NCBI GenBank assembly: GCA_965248445.1
Contig: CBDFJG010000003.1
Location: 1,056,001-1,120,000 of the forward strand
DNA from: Planctomycetota bacterium
Lineage (GTDB): Bacteria; Planctomycetota; JAJSAM01; JAJVHW01
DNA: 64,000 bases
Reading direction: 5' to 3'
Below the pieces are notes generated by a model. That model had not been told where the DNA came from and ran no database searches. It saw only the letters and a program-made list of their open reading frames with translations. Below, piece by piece: positions 41,347 through 50,667 of this stretch; the stretch's first letter is position 1; every line of letters starts with the position of its first letter. Position numbers and translations under genes: made by a program.

Positions 41347-41813
41347 CTGCGGTGGAACTCGACGGCGCCGTCCGGCAGGAAGTAGAGGATCAGCATGCGG
41401 CCGTCGGAGACACGCGGCTTGTGGGTGGTGCCAGGCCGGAACACGACCCAGCCGGCGGGGTGGCCATCGAAGCGCGGATCGCCGTCCTCCGCGAAGCAGA
41501 GGTTGATCTCGCCGTTGGTGTGCGTGTGCTTGGGGCCGACGATGTTCTCCATCACGACGGCATCGACGCTGTAGCCGCCTGACTCTTCACCCGGCTTGAC
41601 CGGGCGGGAGAACGAGATGCCCCCGGCTTCGCGATCGCACAGCCAGCCGTCAGCGACTCCCTGCTGAGCGGCCTCGCGGACCGCCGCGCAGACGTCGCCT
41701 GAAAGCGGCAGTTCCGCGTTCAGGCGTTCCGCCAATCCGGGCATCCCGGGGTCGACGTCGCGGAGCACGGAGAAGACGGGCCCGAGGGCCTCCACAAGTG
41801 ATTCGCGTCCCAT
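41343..41813 (-). CDS. DUF4863 / PnbB-like cupin protein
   Basis: YSVDAV, GPKHTHTNGEINL, GWVVF and LYFLPDGAVEF. Confidence 0.7.
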   Translation of the reverse strand: MGRESLVEALGPVFSVLRDVDPGMPGLAERLNAELPLSGDVCAAVREAAQQGVADGWLCDREAGGISFSRPVKPGEESGGYSVDAVVMENIVGPKHTHTNGEINLCFAEDGDPRFDGHPAGWVVFRPGTTHKPRVSDGRMLILYFLPDGAVEFHRS

Positions 41814-41845
41814 CTCGTAAGCCTACCGGGGTCCGGGAGGACATA

Positions 41846-42940
41846 ATGAGCCGCGAAGTGCGTCAACACACCCGGTTCCGATCTCTGGCTCACGGCTTGG
41901 CCGTCCTCGTCGTCGCGGCGTTCGCGCTGCCTGCGCCGGCCCAGGATCCCGCGCCCGCGTCGACGAAGACGCCGCCGGCGGCCGCGGTCGCTCTTCGCGA
42001 CCAGACGGTCTACCGGCACGAGCCTTTCAAGATGACCGTCCGGCCGCCCATCAAACTGGCCAACGGTGTGTCGCTCGAGGTCCTCAAGTTCCCCTCGCCG
42101 GTCGCTACGGAGTTCAAGGAGCGCAACGACGTCGTGCGCGCCCGCCTCTTCCACACGAAGCAACCGACGCGGGCGGCGGTCATCGCGATCGGCGGCTGGA
42201 AGTTCGATCCGCTGACGCCGATCCTGGCGCAGCGCATCGCGGAGTCCGGCATCCAGGTCGTGTGGATCGAGATCCCGTATCAGGGCCAGCGCACCCCGAA
42301 GGGCGTACGCCCGGGTTCCTACACACTGTCCTCCGACATGCAGCGCAACGCGTTGTCGTTCATCCAGCTCACGCAGGACGTCGCACGCCTGAAGCACTGG
42401 CTGGTCGAGAAGCGCAACGTCGATCCCGAGAAGATCGGGTTGCTCGGAACCAGCCTCGGCGGGTTCGTGTCCGCGACGCTCTACGGCATGCACGAGAAGA
42501 GCTACAAGGCCGTCGTCGCGCAACTCGCCGGCGTGGACGTTGCGGGCGTCATCTACAACGGCAACTGGCTCACGAAACCGCTGCGTCGCGAACTCGAGGA
42601 GCAGGGCCTCTACGAGGACGACGTCCGCAAGCAGATGAACGTGATGAGCCCCGAGCAGTGGGTGAACCCGTCACGCAAGGACGGCGTGATGATCGTGGCA
42701 GCCGAGCTCGACGAGATCGTCCCGCTCGAGAAGAGCCAGGCGCTCTCCGACCTGTACGGCGGCGCGCGACTCATCGTCATGAAGGGCGAGAACCACCGGG
42801 CGAAGGACGGACTCGAGAAGTCGCTGCCCAAGGTGCGCGAGCACTTCGAGCGAGTGTTGCTCGGGCGCAAGCCGTCGGGCACGGCGGCCGAGAAGCCGGC
42901 GCCCGGCAACGAAGACTCCCCAGCGCCCGAGAAGCGCTAG
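41846..42940 (+). CDS. Secreted alpha/beta hydrolase
   Basis: Signal peptide; GTSLG nucleophile elbow; DEIVP and GENH. Confidence 0.8.
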   Translation: MSREVRQHTRFRSLAHGLAVLVVAAFALPAPAQDPAPASTKTPPAAAVALRDQTVYRHEPFKMTVRPPIKLANGVSLEVLKFPSPVATEFKERNDVVRARLFHTKQPTRAAVIAIGGWKFDPLTPILAQRIAESGIQVVWIEIPYQGQRTPKGVRPGSYTLSSDMQRNALSFIQLTQDVARLKHWLVEKRNVDPEKIGLLGTSLGGFVSATLYGMHEKSYKAVVAQLAGVDVAGVIYNGNWLTKPLRRELEEQGLYEDDVRKQMNVMSPEQWVNPSRKDGVMIVAAELDEIVPLEKSQALSDLYGGARLIVMKGENHRAKDGLEKSLPKVREHFERVLLGRKPSGTAAEKPAPGNEDSPAPEKR

Positions 42941-42943
42941 CGA

Positions 42944-43783
42944 CTACGCGACGCGCGAGACCGTCCGAATCGCGTCGACCACGGTGAGCACGTCGCTGTG
43001 CTTGCGGAACGACCCCGAGAGCCAGCCGAAGCGGCGGCCGTTCGCGTAGGCGGAGAGGCGCCCGAGCCCCTCGTCGCCCACCGCCTCGAGACTCGCGCGG
43101 AGCAAGGCCCGGTCGTCATCGCGGCGCGAGACGTAGTGCAGCCAGTCCATCAACTCGAGTGCGAGTGCCTCGTCGATGCGGAGCGATGGGTTGACGCGGT
43201 CCTCGAAGTCGAAGTACAGGAGCCGACCGCCCGGCGCGACCCAGACGTGCGTCAGACGGGGCGCGGGGTGAACGAGGTATCGGTCGTTCGTGCGGCGCGC
43301 GATGGACTGGCGACGGGCAAGGTCCTCTGTGGCGCGTAGCACGAGGTCGGTTACTTCTTCGCCACGCTTCTGCAGCGAGCGGAGCGAACAGCCGTGCTCG
43401 AACGCGAAGACCAGCGCGTGCGGACCCGGCTGATCCACGATCTCGAACGTCCCGAGCCCCGCGGCGGCGAACGCGCGGATGCACGCAACCTCGGACTGGA
43501 GCCGTTGGCGCGCCGAACTGCGAAGGGCGAGCGCCCGCGACCCCCAACGCGAGGAGAAGTTGCGCATGGCCTGCAGCGCGTAGCGCAGGTTCTGACGGTA
43601 CACCTTGAGCACGAGATCGCGCCCGCCGTGCCGAAAACGGATCAGCGCGTTCTTCTTCGGATCCCACGGCGCGAGGAACTGCACAACCGACGCTCCGTCG
43701 ACGTACGACGGCGCGTGTCGTGAGAGACAGTCCTGTGCAGTTGGCGCTCCGACCAACGCCTCACCCTCCCGCGGCGCGTACAC
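42944..43783 (-). CDS. Hypothetical kinase-like protein; start uncertain
   Basis: LVLKVY, HPAPRLTHV and YFDFED resemble kinase-fold motifs; no clear RBS. Confidence 0.45.
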   Translation of the reverse strand: MYAPREGEALVGAPTAQDCLSRHAPSYVDGASVVQFLAPWDPKKNALIRFRHGGRDLVLKVYRQNLRYALQAMRNFSSRWGSRALALRSSARQRLQSEVACIRAFAAAGLGTFEIVDQPGPHALVFAFEHGCSLRSLQKRGEEVTDLVLRATEDLARRQSIARRTNDRYLVHPAPRLTHVWVAPGGRLLYFDFEDRVNPSLRIDEALALELMDWLHYVSRRDDDRALLRASLEAVGDEGLGRLSAYANGRRFGWLSGSFRKHSDVLTVVDAIRTVSRVA

Positions 43784-43804
43784 GACGTCGCCGTACGCGG
43801 AATG

Positions 43805-45214
43805 CTAGTCAGTGCTCCGCGGCCCCGTCATGTTCTCCGGGCGCACGAGACGCTCGAACTCATCGCGCGTCAGGTATCCCAGACGCTCTGCCGCATCGGC
43901 GAGTGTGATGCCTTCCGCATACGCGGTCTTCGCGACCTTTGCGGCCTTGTCGTAACCGATGTGCGGATTGAGCGCGGTCACAAGCATCAGACTCCGTTGC
44001 AGGTTCTCTGCGATGCGTTCGTGATTCGGCTCGATGCCCTGCGCGCACCGTTCGCGGAACGAGTCCGACGCGTCTGCCAACAGACGGATCGACTGGAGAC
44101 AGTTCCAGACCATGACCGGCTTGTAGACGTTCAGTTCGAAGTTGCCGCTCATGCCGCCGAAGGACACCGCGGTCTGGTTCCCCATCACCTGCGCGCACAC
44201 CATCGTGAGCGCCTCGCACTGTGTCGGGTTGATCTTGCCGGGCATGATCGAGCTGCCCGGCTCATTGGCCGGGATGGTGATTTCCCCAATCCCGCAGCGC
44301 GGGCCGCTGGCGAGCCAGCGCACGTCGTTCGCGATCTTGTGCAGCGCCGCAGCAAGCGTGGACAGACCGCCATGTGCGGCGACGAGCGCGTCGTGCGCCG
44401 CCAAACCCGCGAACTTGTTGGGCGCCGACACGAACGGCAAGCCCGCCAGGTCCGCGATCCGCTCGGCAACGAGATCCGCGTACTGTGGGTGCGTGTTCAG
44501 GCCCGTTCCGACGGCCGTGCCGCCGAGCGCGAGTTCCAGGAGTCCCGGGAGGGTGCCCTCGATCGCCCGCAACGCTCCGTCGAGCTGAGCCGCGTAGCCC
44601 GAGAACTCCTGACCGAGCGTGAGCGGCGTCGCGTCCTGCAAGTGCGTACGGCCGATCTTCACGATGTCGGCGAACTGGGAGGACTTCGAAGCGAACACCT
44701 CGCTCAGCGAGCGCACTGCCGGCATGAGCCGCTCGACGAGCTGACATGCCACGGCAACGTGCATCGCGGTCGGGAACGTGTCGTTGCTCGACTGTCCGCG
44801 GTTCACGTGGTCGTTCGGGTGCACTGGGGACTTGCTGCCCATCGCCCCGCCGGCCATCTCGATCGCGCGATTCGAGATCACCTCGTTCGCGTTCATGTTC
44901 GTCTGCGTGCCGCTTCCGGTCTGCCAGACGACGAGGGGGAAGTGATCGTCGAGAGCGCCCGAGATCACCTCGGACGCGGCGCGCTCCACGAGTTCCGCCG
45001 TCTCGGCGTCCAGGTCACCGAGCTCGCGGTTCGTCTGCGCGGCGGCCTTCTTGACGATGCCGAACGCTCGGATCATCTCGCGCGGGAACCGTTCCCCGCC
45101 GATCGGGAAGTTCTCGATCGAGCGCTGGGTCTGCGCCCCCCAGTAGCGGTCGGCAGCGACCTCGACGGGTCCCAGGCTGTCGGTCTCGGTGCGAGTGTCT
45201 GCGTGGCTCGGCAC
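43805..45214 (-). CDS. fumC: Class II fumarate hydratase
   Basis: [25 protein letters not shown] and [11 protein letters not shown]. Confidence 0.97.
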   Translation of the reverse strand: MPSHADTRTETDSLGPVEVAADRYWGAQTQRSIENFPIGGERFPREMIRAFGIVKKAAAQTNRELGDLDAETAELVERAASEVISGALDDHFPLVVWQTGSGTQTNMNANEVISNRAIEMAGGAMGSKSPVHPNDHVNRGQSSNDTFPTAMHVAVACQLVERLMPAVRSLSEVFASKSSQFADIVKIGRTHLQDATPLTLGQEFSGYAAQLDGALRAIEGTLPGLLELALGGTAVGTGLNTHPQYADLVAERIADLAGLPFVSAPNKFAGLAAHDALVAAHGGLSTLAAALHKIANDVRWLASGPRCGIGEITIPANEPGSSIMPGKINPTQCEALTMVCAQVMGNQTAVSFGGMSGNFELNVYKPVMVWNCLQSIRLLADASDSFRERCAQGIEPNHERIAENLQRSLMLVTALNPHIGYDKAAKVAKTAYAEGITLADAAERLGYLTRDEFERLVRPENMTGPRSTD

Positions 45215-45666
45215 GGCTCACCTCCGCCACCCGCGCGGCCATCCGGCGGGAGAGCAATGGAGGCTAGCCCCACACCCCCTCTAACGCGCAGGACGGGTGC
45301 GTCCGTCCCGGCCCTTGCAAGTCTGGGGCGACTGAGGCGCGCCGGCCTCTAGCGGTCGAACACAGCGCTGAAGATCGTCGACCAGATCGATCTGATCGTG
45401 AACGTGACTGACGGGAACGGCCGCCCCCCCCGGGGTTCGATCTGCGTGACCGTGAACGAGGCAGAGAAGAGCCGCGAGAGCCACCTGCGGCGCAGGACGA
45501 TACTCACCGGGATCACGTCACCACTCGGCATCAGGAACGGTCCGAAGGTCGTTGGAGACGTCGTCGACACGGACAGGGGCAGGAGCACCGTGCCCCGGGT
45601 GGGGAGGGAGATGGACGGCCCGCCGATCGCGCCGAAGACCGCGAGATGTTCTGCGGGCACCTCTAG

Positions 45667-47335
45667 CCCGAATCGTTCACCAGCCGGGAATCTGAGCGGG
45701 CCGTCGTCTGTCTAAGTGCTCGTACTCGCTAGTACTTGCACCGACAGGAGCGCCGGCCCGATGACGACAGACTGTAGCCCGCAGGGGACCCTCTTCGCGG
45801 GCATCTGTGGACGCACCGCGGTGACGCGCTTCGACGCCGGTACCGTGACGAGCGACGGGGGCGTGCTGCTGCTCGAGCGGGTCGATCGTCGCATCGATCT
45901 GCTCTCGCGGTTTGCGCGCTGCTTCGGGGACCACCGGGACCCGCGTCGGGTCGAGCACACGGTCGGCCAGATGCTGCGTCAGCGGGTCTTCGGGCTGTGC
46001 GCGGGCTACGAGGATCTGGTGGACCACGACCATGTCGGCAAGGACCCGCTGTTTGCCGCGGCGTGCGGCAAGCGCGAGGGTGCTCTGGCCACGCACCCGA
46101 CGCTCTCGCGGCTCGAGACCACGCAGCTCGGCGCCACGGCACAGACGCGCTACGCCAAGATCGAGATGGACCAGGAGCGCGTGGACAGCGTGCTCAGCGA
46201 CGTCTTCTGCGAGGCCATGGGGCCGGAGGATCCGGGCCTGCTCGTGCTGGACCTGGACCACTCCGACGTGCGGCTGCACGGCCGGCAGGAGGGCCGCTTC
46301 TTCCACGGCTACTACGGGCACTACTGCTACCTGCCGCTGTACGTCTTCTGCGGCGAGCACCTCTTGCTCGCTCGGCTCCAGACCGCTGACAGAGATCCCG
46401 CGCGCGGAGTCGTGGACGAGCTCCGTGCGCTGGTCTTACGTCTGCGGCGCCGCTGGCCCCGGGCCAAGGTGCTCGTGCGCGCAGACTCGGGCTTTTGCCG
46501 CGAGGAGCTGATGGCCTGGTGCGAGGCCGCCGGCCACTTCTACCTGCTGGGCATGGCGCGCAATGAGCGCCTTGAGCGACACGTCGAAGACGCGCTCGAT
46601 GAGGCCGCAGCCCGTGCCGTGCAGACCGGCCGAGCAGCCCGGGTCTTTCGCGACTTTGCCTGGACCACGCTGGGGAGCTGGAGCCAGAGGCGTCGCGTGG
46701 TCGCCAAGGCCGAGCACCTGCCGGGCGGCAAGCGCAATCCCCGCTTCGTGGTGACCAATCTGCCGCCTCGTAGCTGGAGCAGCAAGCGTCTCTACGAGCA
46801 GCTCTACTGCGCCCGGGGCGAGGCGGAGAATCGCATCAAGGAGCAGCAGCTCGAGCTCTTCGGCACCCGTCTGTCGGTGCACACGATGCAGGGCAACGCC
46901 GTGCGGATGGCCATGTCGGCCATGGCCTACGTCCTGACCTGTGCGCTGCGACGCATCGGTCTCGCCGGCACCGAGATGGCGCGTGCGCAAGCCGGCACGA
47001 TCCGCCTGCGGCTGCTCAAGATCGGCGCGCTCGTGCGGATCACGACGCGCCGGATCTGGGTCTCGATGTCCTCGTCGTGGCCCTGGCAGCACGTCTTCGA
47101 GCGCTGCGCGCAACGACTGCTGGCATCCCCGAAGCCGACCTGACGTCCCGCCGCGCCGTCCGCCACACCACCGCCCGGCCTACGGTCTGCCCACACCGCA
47201 GAATCCGCGCCGTTTCGGCCGCTCACTCGCGTTGCCCTTGTGGCAACGACGACAGCATCCGCCCTCGCCTGGCCAAGATCTGACCCTGTGGACTCCGAAA
47301 GCACCGTCATCGCGACGTCTCGTGAACAGATGCGG
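45667..47335 (+). mobile_element. IS1380-family element copy 2 (1669 bp)
   Basis: Imperfect TIRs; CTAG at 45663-45666 and 47336-47339. Confidence 0.95.
45761..47143 (+). CDS. IS1380-family transposase
   Basis: TSDGG, GYED, LDLD, HGRQE, HGYY, RADSGF and RGEAENRIKEQ. Confidence 0.95.
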   Translation: MTTDCSPQGTLFAGICGRTAVTRFDAGTVTSDGGVLLLERVDRRIDLLSRFARCFGDHRDPRRVEHTVGQMLRQRVFGLCAGYEDLVDHDHVGKDPLFAAACGKREGALATHPTLSRLETTQLGATAQTRYAKIEMDQERVDSVLSDVFCEAMGPEDPGLLVLDLDHSDVRLHGRQEGRFFHGYYGHYCYLPLYVFCGEHLLLARLQTADRDPARGVVDELRALVLRLRRRWPRAKVLVRADSGFCREELMAWCEAAGHFYLLGMARNERLERHVEDALDEAAARAVQTGRAARVFRDFAWTTLGSWSQRRRVVAKAEHLPGGKRNPRFVVTNLPPRSWSSKRLYEQLYCARGEAENRIKEQQLELFGTRLSVHTMQGNAVRMAMSAMAYVLTCALRRIGLAGTEMARAQAGTIRLRLLKIGALVRITTRRIWVSMSSSWPWQHVFERCAQRLLASPKPT

Positions 47336-47339
47336 CTAG

Positions 47340-49008
47340 CCCGAATCGTTCACCAGCCGGGAATCTGAGCGGGCCGTCGTCTGTCTAAGTGCTCGTACTC
47401 GCTAGTACTTGCACCGACAGGAGCGCCGGCCCGATGACGACAGACTGTAGCCCGCAGGGGACCCTCTTCGCGGGCATCTGTGGACGCACCGCGGTGACGC
47501 GCTTCGACGCCGGTACCGTGACGAGCGACGGGGGCGTGCTGCTGCTCGAGCGGACCGATCGTCGCATCGATCTGCTCTCGCGGTTTGCGCGCTGCTTCGG
47601 GGACCACCGGGACCCGCGTCGGGTCGAGCACACGGTCGGCCAGATGCTGCGTCAGCGGGTCTTCGGGCTGTGCGCGGGCTACGAGGATCTGGTGGACCAC
47701 GACCATGTCGGCAAGGACCCGCTGTTTGCCGCGGCGTGCGGCAAGCGCGAGGGTGCTCTGGCCACGCACCCGACGCTCTCGCGGCTCGAGACCACGCAGC
47801 TCGGCGCCACGGCACAGACGCGCTACGCCAAGATCGAGATGGACCAGGAGCGCGTGGACAGCGTGCTCAGCGACGTCTTCTGCGAGGCCATGGGGCCGGA
47901 GGATCCGGGCCTGCTCGTGCTGGACCTGGACCACTCCGACGTGCGGCTGCACGGCCGGCAGGAGGGCCGCTTCTTCCACGGCTACTACGGGCACTACTGC
48001 TACCTGCCGCTGTACGTCTTCTGCGGCGAGCACCTCTTGCTCGCTCGGCTCCAGACCGCTGACAGAGATCCCGCGCGCGGAGTCGTGGACGAGCTCCGTG
48101 CGCTGGTCTTACGTCTGCGGCGCCGCTGGCCCCGGGCCAAGGTGCTCGTGCGCGCAGACTCGGGCTTTTGCCGCGAGGAGCTGATGGCCTGGTGCGAGGC
48201 CGCCGGCCACTTCTACCTGCTGGGCATGGCGCGCAATGAGCGCCTTGAGCGACACGTCGAAGACGCGCTCGATGAGGCCGCAGCCCGTGCCGTGCAGACC
48301 GGCCGAGCAGCCCGGGTCTTTCGCGACTTTGCCTGGACCACGCTGGGGAGCTGGAGCCAGAGGCGTCGCGTGGTCGCCAAGGCCGAGCACCTGCCGGGCG
48401 GCAAGCGCAATCCCCGCTTCGTGGTGACCAATCTGCCGCCTCGTAGCTGGAGCAGCAAGCGTCTCTACGAGCAGCTCTACTGCGCCCGGGGCGAGGCGGA
48501 GAATCGCATCAAGGAGCAGCAGCTCGAGCTCTTCGGCACCCGTCTGTCGGTGCACACGATGCAGGGCAACGCCGTGCGGATGGCCATGTCGGCCATGGCC
48601 TACGTCCTGACCTGTGCGCTGCGACGCATCGGTCTCGCCGGCACCGAGATGGCGCGTGCGCAAGCCGGCACGATCCGCCTGCGGCTGCTCAAGATCGGCG
48701 CGCTCGTGCGGATCACGACGCGCCGGATCTGGGTCTCGATGTCCTCGTCGTGGCCCTGGCAGCACGTCTTCGAGCGCTGCGCGCAACGACTGCTGGCATC
48801 CCCGAAGCCGACCTGACGTCCCGCCGCGCCGTCCGCCACACCACCGCCCGGCCTACGGTCTGCCCACACCGCAGAATCCGCGCCGTTTCGGCCGCTCACT
48901 CGCGTTGCCCTTGTGGCAACGACGACAGCATCCGCCCTCGCCTGGCCAAGATCTGACCCTGTGGACTCCGAAAGCACCGTCATCGCGACGTCTCGTGAAC
49001 AGATGCGG
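47340..49008 (+). mobile_element. IS1380-family element copy 3 (1669 bp), in tandem with copy 2
   Basis: Separated from copy 2 by a single CTAG; CTAG at 49009-49012. Confidence 0.95.
47434..48816 (+). CDS. IS1380-family transposase
   Basis: Same protein as copy 2 except LERTDRR instead of LERVDRR. Confidence 0.95.
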   Translation: MTTDCSPQGTLFAGICGRTAVTRFDAGTVTSDGGVLLLERTDRRIDLLSRFARCFGDHRDPRRVEHTVGQMLRQRVFGLCAGYEDLVDHDHVGKDPLFAAACGKREGALATHPTLSRLETTQLGATAQTRYAKIEMDQERVDSVLSDVFCEAMGPEDPGLLVLDLDHSDVRLHGRQEGRFFHGYYGHYCYLPLYVFCGEHLLLARLQTADRDPARGVVDELRALVLRLRRRWPRAKVLVRADSGFCREELMAWCEAAGHFYLLGMARNERLERHVEDALDEAAARAVQTGRAARVFRDFAWTTLGSWSQRRRVVAKAEHLPGGKRNPRFVVTNLPPRSWSSKRLYEQLYCARGEAENRIKEQQLELFGTRLSVHTMQGNAVRMAMSAMAYVLTCALRRIGLAGTEMARAQAGTIRLRLLKIGALVRITTRRIWVSMSSSWPWQHVFERCAQRLLASPKPT

Positions 49009-49103
49009 CTAGGGGCGACCGATCCTCCGCAAGGGAGTCACCGGGGGGTCATGGGGCGCCGGGGCGAGGCTCGATCGGGAGGCTCGAGCGGGAGGCTCCG
49101 GGC

Positions 49104-50576
49104 TCAGCGCCCGTATCGCTTCTTGTAGGCGGCCTCGCCTATCACACAGCGAAACCCTATGTTCGCCGCGACCTCGCCGGGCTCGACCGTCCAGCGGGAC
49201 CGCGTCGTGCACTCGCTGCCCCGCGAGCGGTAACTGCCGCCCCGGATCACGATCCGGCCGTCCTTCGGGACGGTCCGCCCGATCGGCTTCCGCGTGGCGA
49301 GAGTGGAGGTGAATTCAGCGACATTGCCCGCAAGACCGCGCACTCCCTCTGGCGTGACGTCGCCGTTCTCGTCGCGGACCGACTGCGCGCCGCCGGCAGA
49401 GTCACCGTGCACCCAAGTGACGTTGACCGTGTCGGTGCCCCATGGATAGGTGCGGTCGAGCTCTCCCGCGGACGCGATGCGCTCCCATTCGTCTTCGGTC
49501 GGGAGGCGCTTGCCGAGATTCGCCGCGTACCGCTTCGCCTGCACATACGTCACACCGGTCACGGGGTGATGCGCGAGGCCACCGGGCAACATGGGCAGCA
49601 CGGGCATCTCGTCGAGGTCGAGCGTCCAGCCCTGCGGAAGCAGCGAGTCGCGGTCGGACGGCTTCGCGTTCACCAGGAACGCGCGGTACTGACCGCAGGT
49701 GACCTCGTGCACATCTGCCCACAGCGCCTTGACCGTGACCTTGTGCCGCTTCTCGGACTTGTCCCCCAGCTCCGCGACCCAGCCGGTCCACGGTCCCACT
49801 TCGATTCGTGTGCGATCGAAGTGCACCATCTCGGTCTCAGCGTCGGCAGCAGGGCCGTCGGTGCTCTCATCGCCTCCGGGTCCGTCGCCGCCATCCGTGT
49901 TCGTCGCGCCGTGCGCCTCGCGCCACGCCATCACGGTCGGCGCGGCGGTGAAGAACCCGTCCCAGACGTCCGAGGGCTCGTCTGCCGCGAACACATCGTC
50001 GGCGACGGCGACGAACGCCGCCACGCCGCCCAGGGTGTCCTCCGCGCGCAGCGCCGCGACCGCCAGCCGGCCCACCACGAACAGCGCGTCCGAGGACAGC
50101 AGGCGCTGCTTGGCGTCGGCGGAGCGCAGGACGAGCGTGCCGAGAGCGGTGTCGACGGGCAGCTCGGGATCTCCGCGCGCGTCCGTGGCCACGGCTTTCA
50201 GAAGCTCCGCGTACTGGGCTCCGGCGGCGCGGCGGGCCACAGCGCCGGAGCGGTGGTCGCCGTGATCCGTTTCGAGATCGAGGAAGGCGAGCTCCATCGC
50301 CCGCAGCAGCGCGGCCTTCTCGGCGGCGCTCTTCTCGTCCTTCTCGTCCTTCTCGTCCTTCTCGTCCGTCTCACCCGGCTCGCCCGGCTCGTCCTGAGCG
50401 TGCGCGCCCGGTACGAGGAGATCGAACGGTACGAATAGATCGGCGAGCAGACCGAACGTGAATACGGGCAGCAGGAGCAGCGCCACCCACGCGGGGGTGA
50501 TCGCGAAACGACGTGCGCGCTGCCGTGACGGAACGATACGATCCTCCCGAGGCCGCCACCCAATGTTCACAAGCAC
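49104..50576 (-). CDS. FGE-sulfatase (SUMF1) domain protein; start uncertain
   Basis: HEVT, HPVTGVT, KRLPTEDEWE, YPWG, GNVAEF, RGGSY and IGFRC. Confidence 0.85.
   Translation of the reverse strand: MLVNIGWRPREDRIVPSRQRARRFAITPAWVALLLLPVFTFGLLADLFVPFDLLVPGAHAQDEPGEPGETDEKDEKDEKDEKSAAEKAALLRAMELAFLDLETDHGDHRSGAVARRAAGAQYAELLKAVATDARGDPELPVDTALGTLVLRSADAKQRLLSSDALFVVGRLAVAALRAEDTLGGVAAFVAVADDVFAADEPSDVWDGFFTAAPTVMAWREAHGATNTDGGDGPGGDESTDGPAADAETEMVHFDRTRIEVGPWTGWVAELGDKSEKRHKVTVKALWADVHEVTCGQYRAFLVNAKPSDRDSLLPQGWTLDLDEMPVLPMLPGGLAHHPVTGVTYVQAKRYAANLGKRLPTEDEWERIASAGELDRTYPWGTDTVNVTWVHGDSAGGAQSVRDENGDVTPEGVRGLAGNVAEFTSTLATRKPIGRTVPKDGRIVIRGGSYRSRGSECTTRSRWTVEPGEVAANIGFRCVIGEAAYKKRYGR
50331..50366. 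repeat. 9-bp tandem repeat x4 (encodes DEK x4)
   Basis: (CTTCTCGTC)4. Confidence 0.9.
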
Positions 50577-50667
50577 GGGCTCCTCAGTGACGGCGCCGTG
50601 CGGGCACGCCGTCCTCTCGGTCCGCTATCGTACATCCCCGCGGCCCAACCACGCTGCGAAGGGGCGC

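Noticed and set aside
43784..43807. Amber readthrough fusing fumC to the in-frame downstream ORF
   Set aside because: FumC is already full length, in-frame adjacency has a 1-in-3 chance, and there is no recoding evidence
45349..45660. Gene interrupted by the IS1380 tandem
   Set aside because: Rejoining the flanks does not rebuild a longer ORF with a start; coding strand is ambiguous
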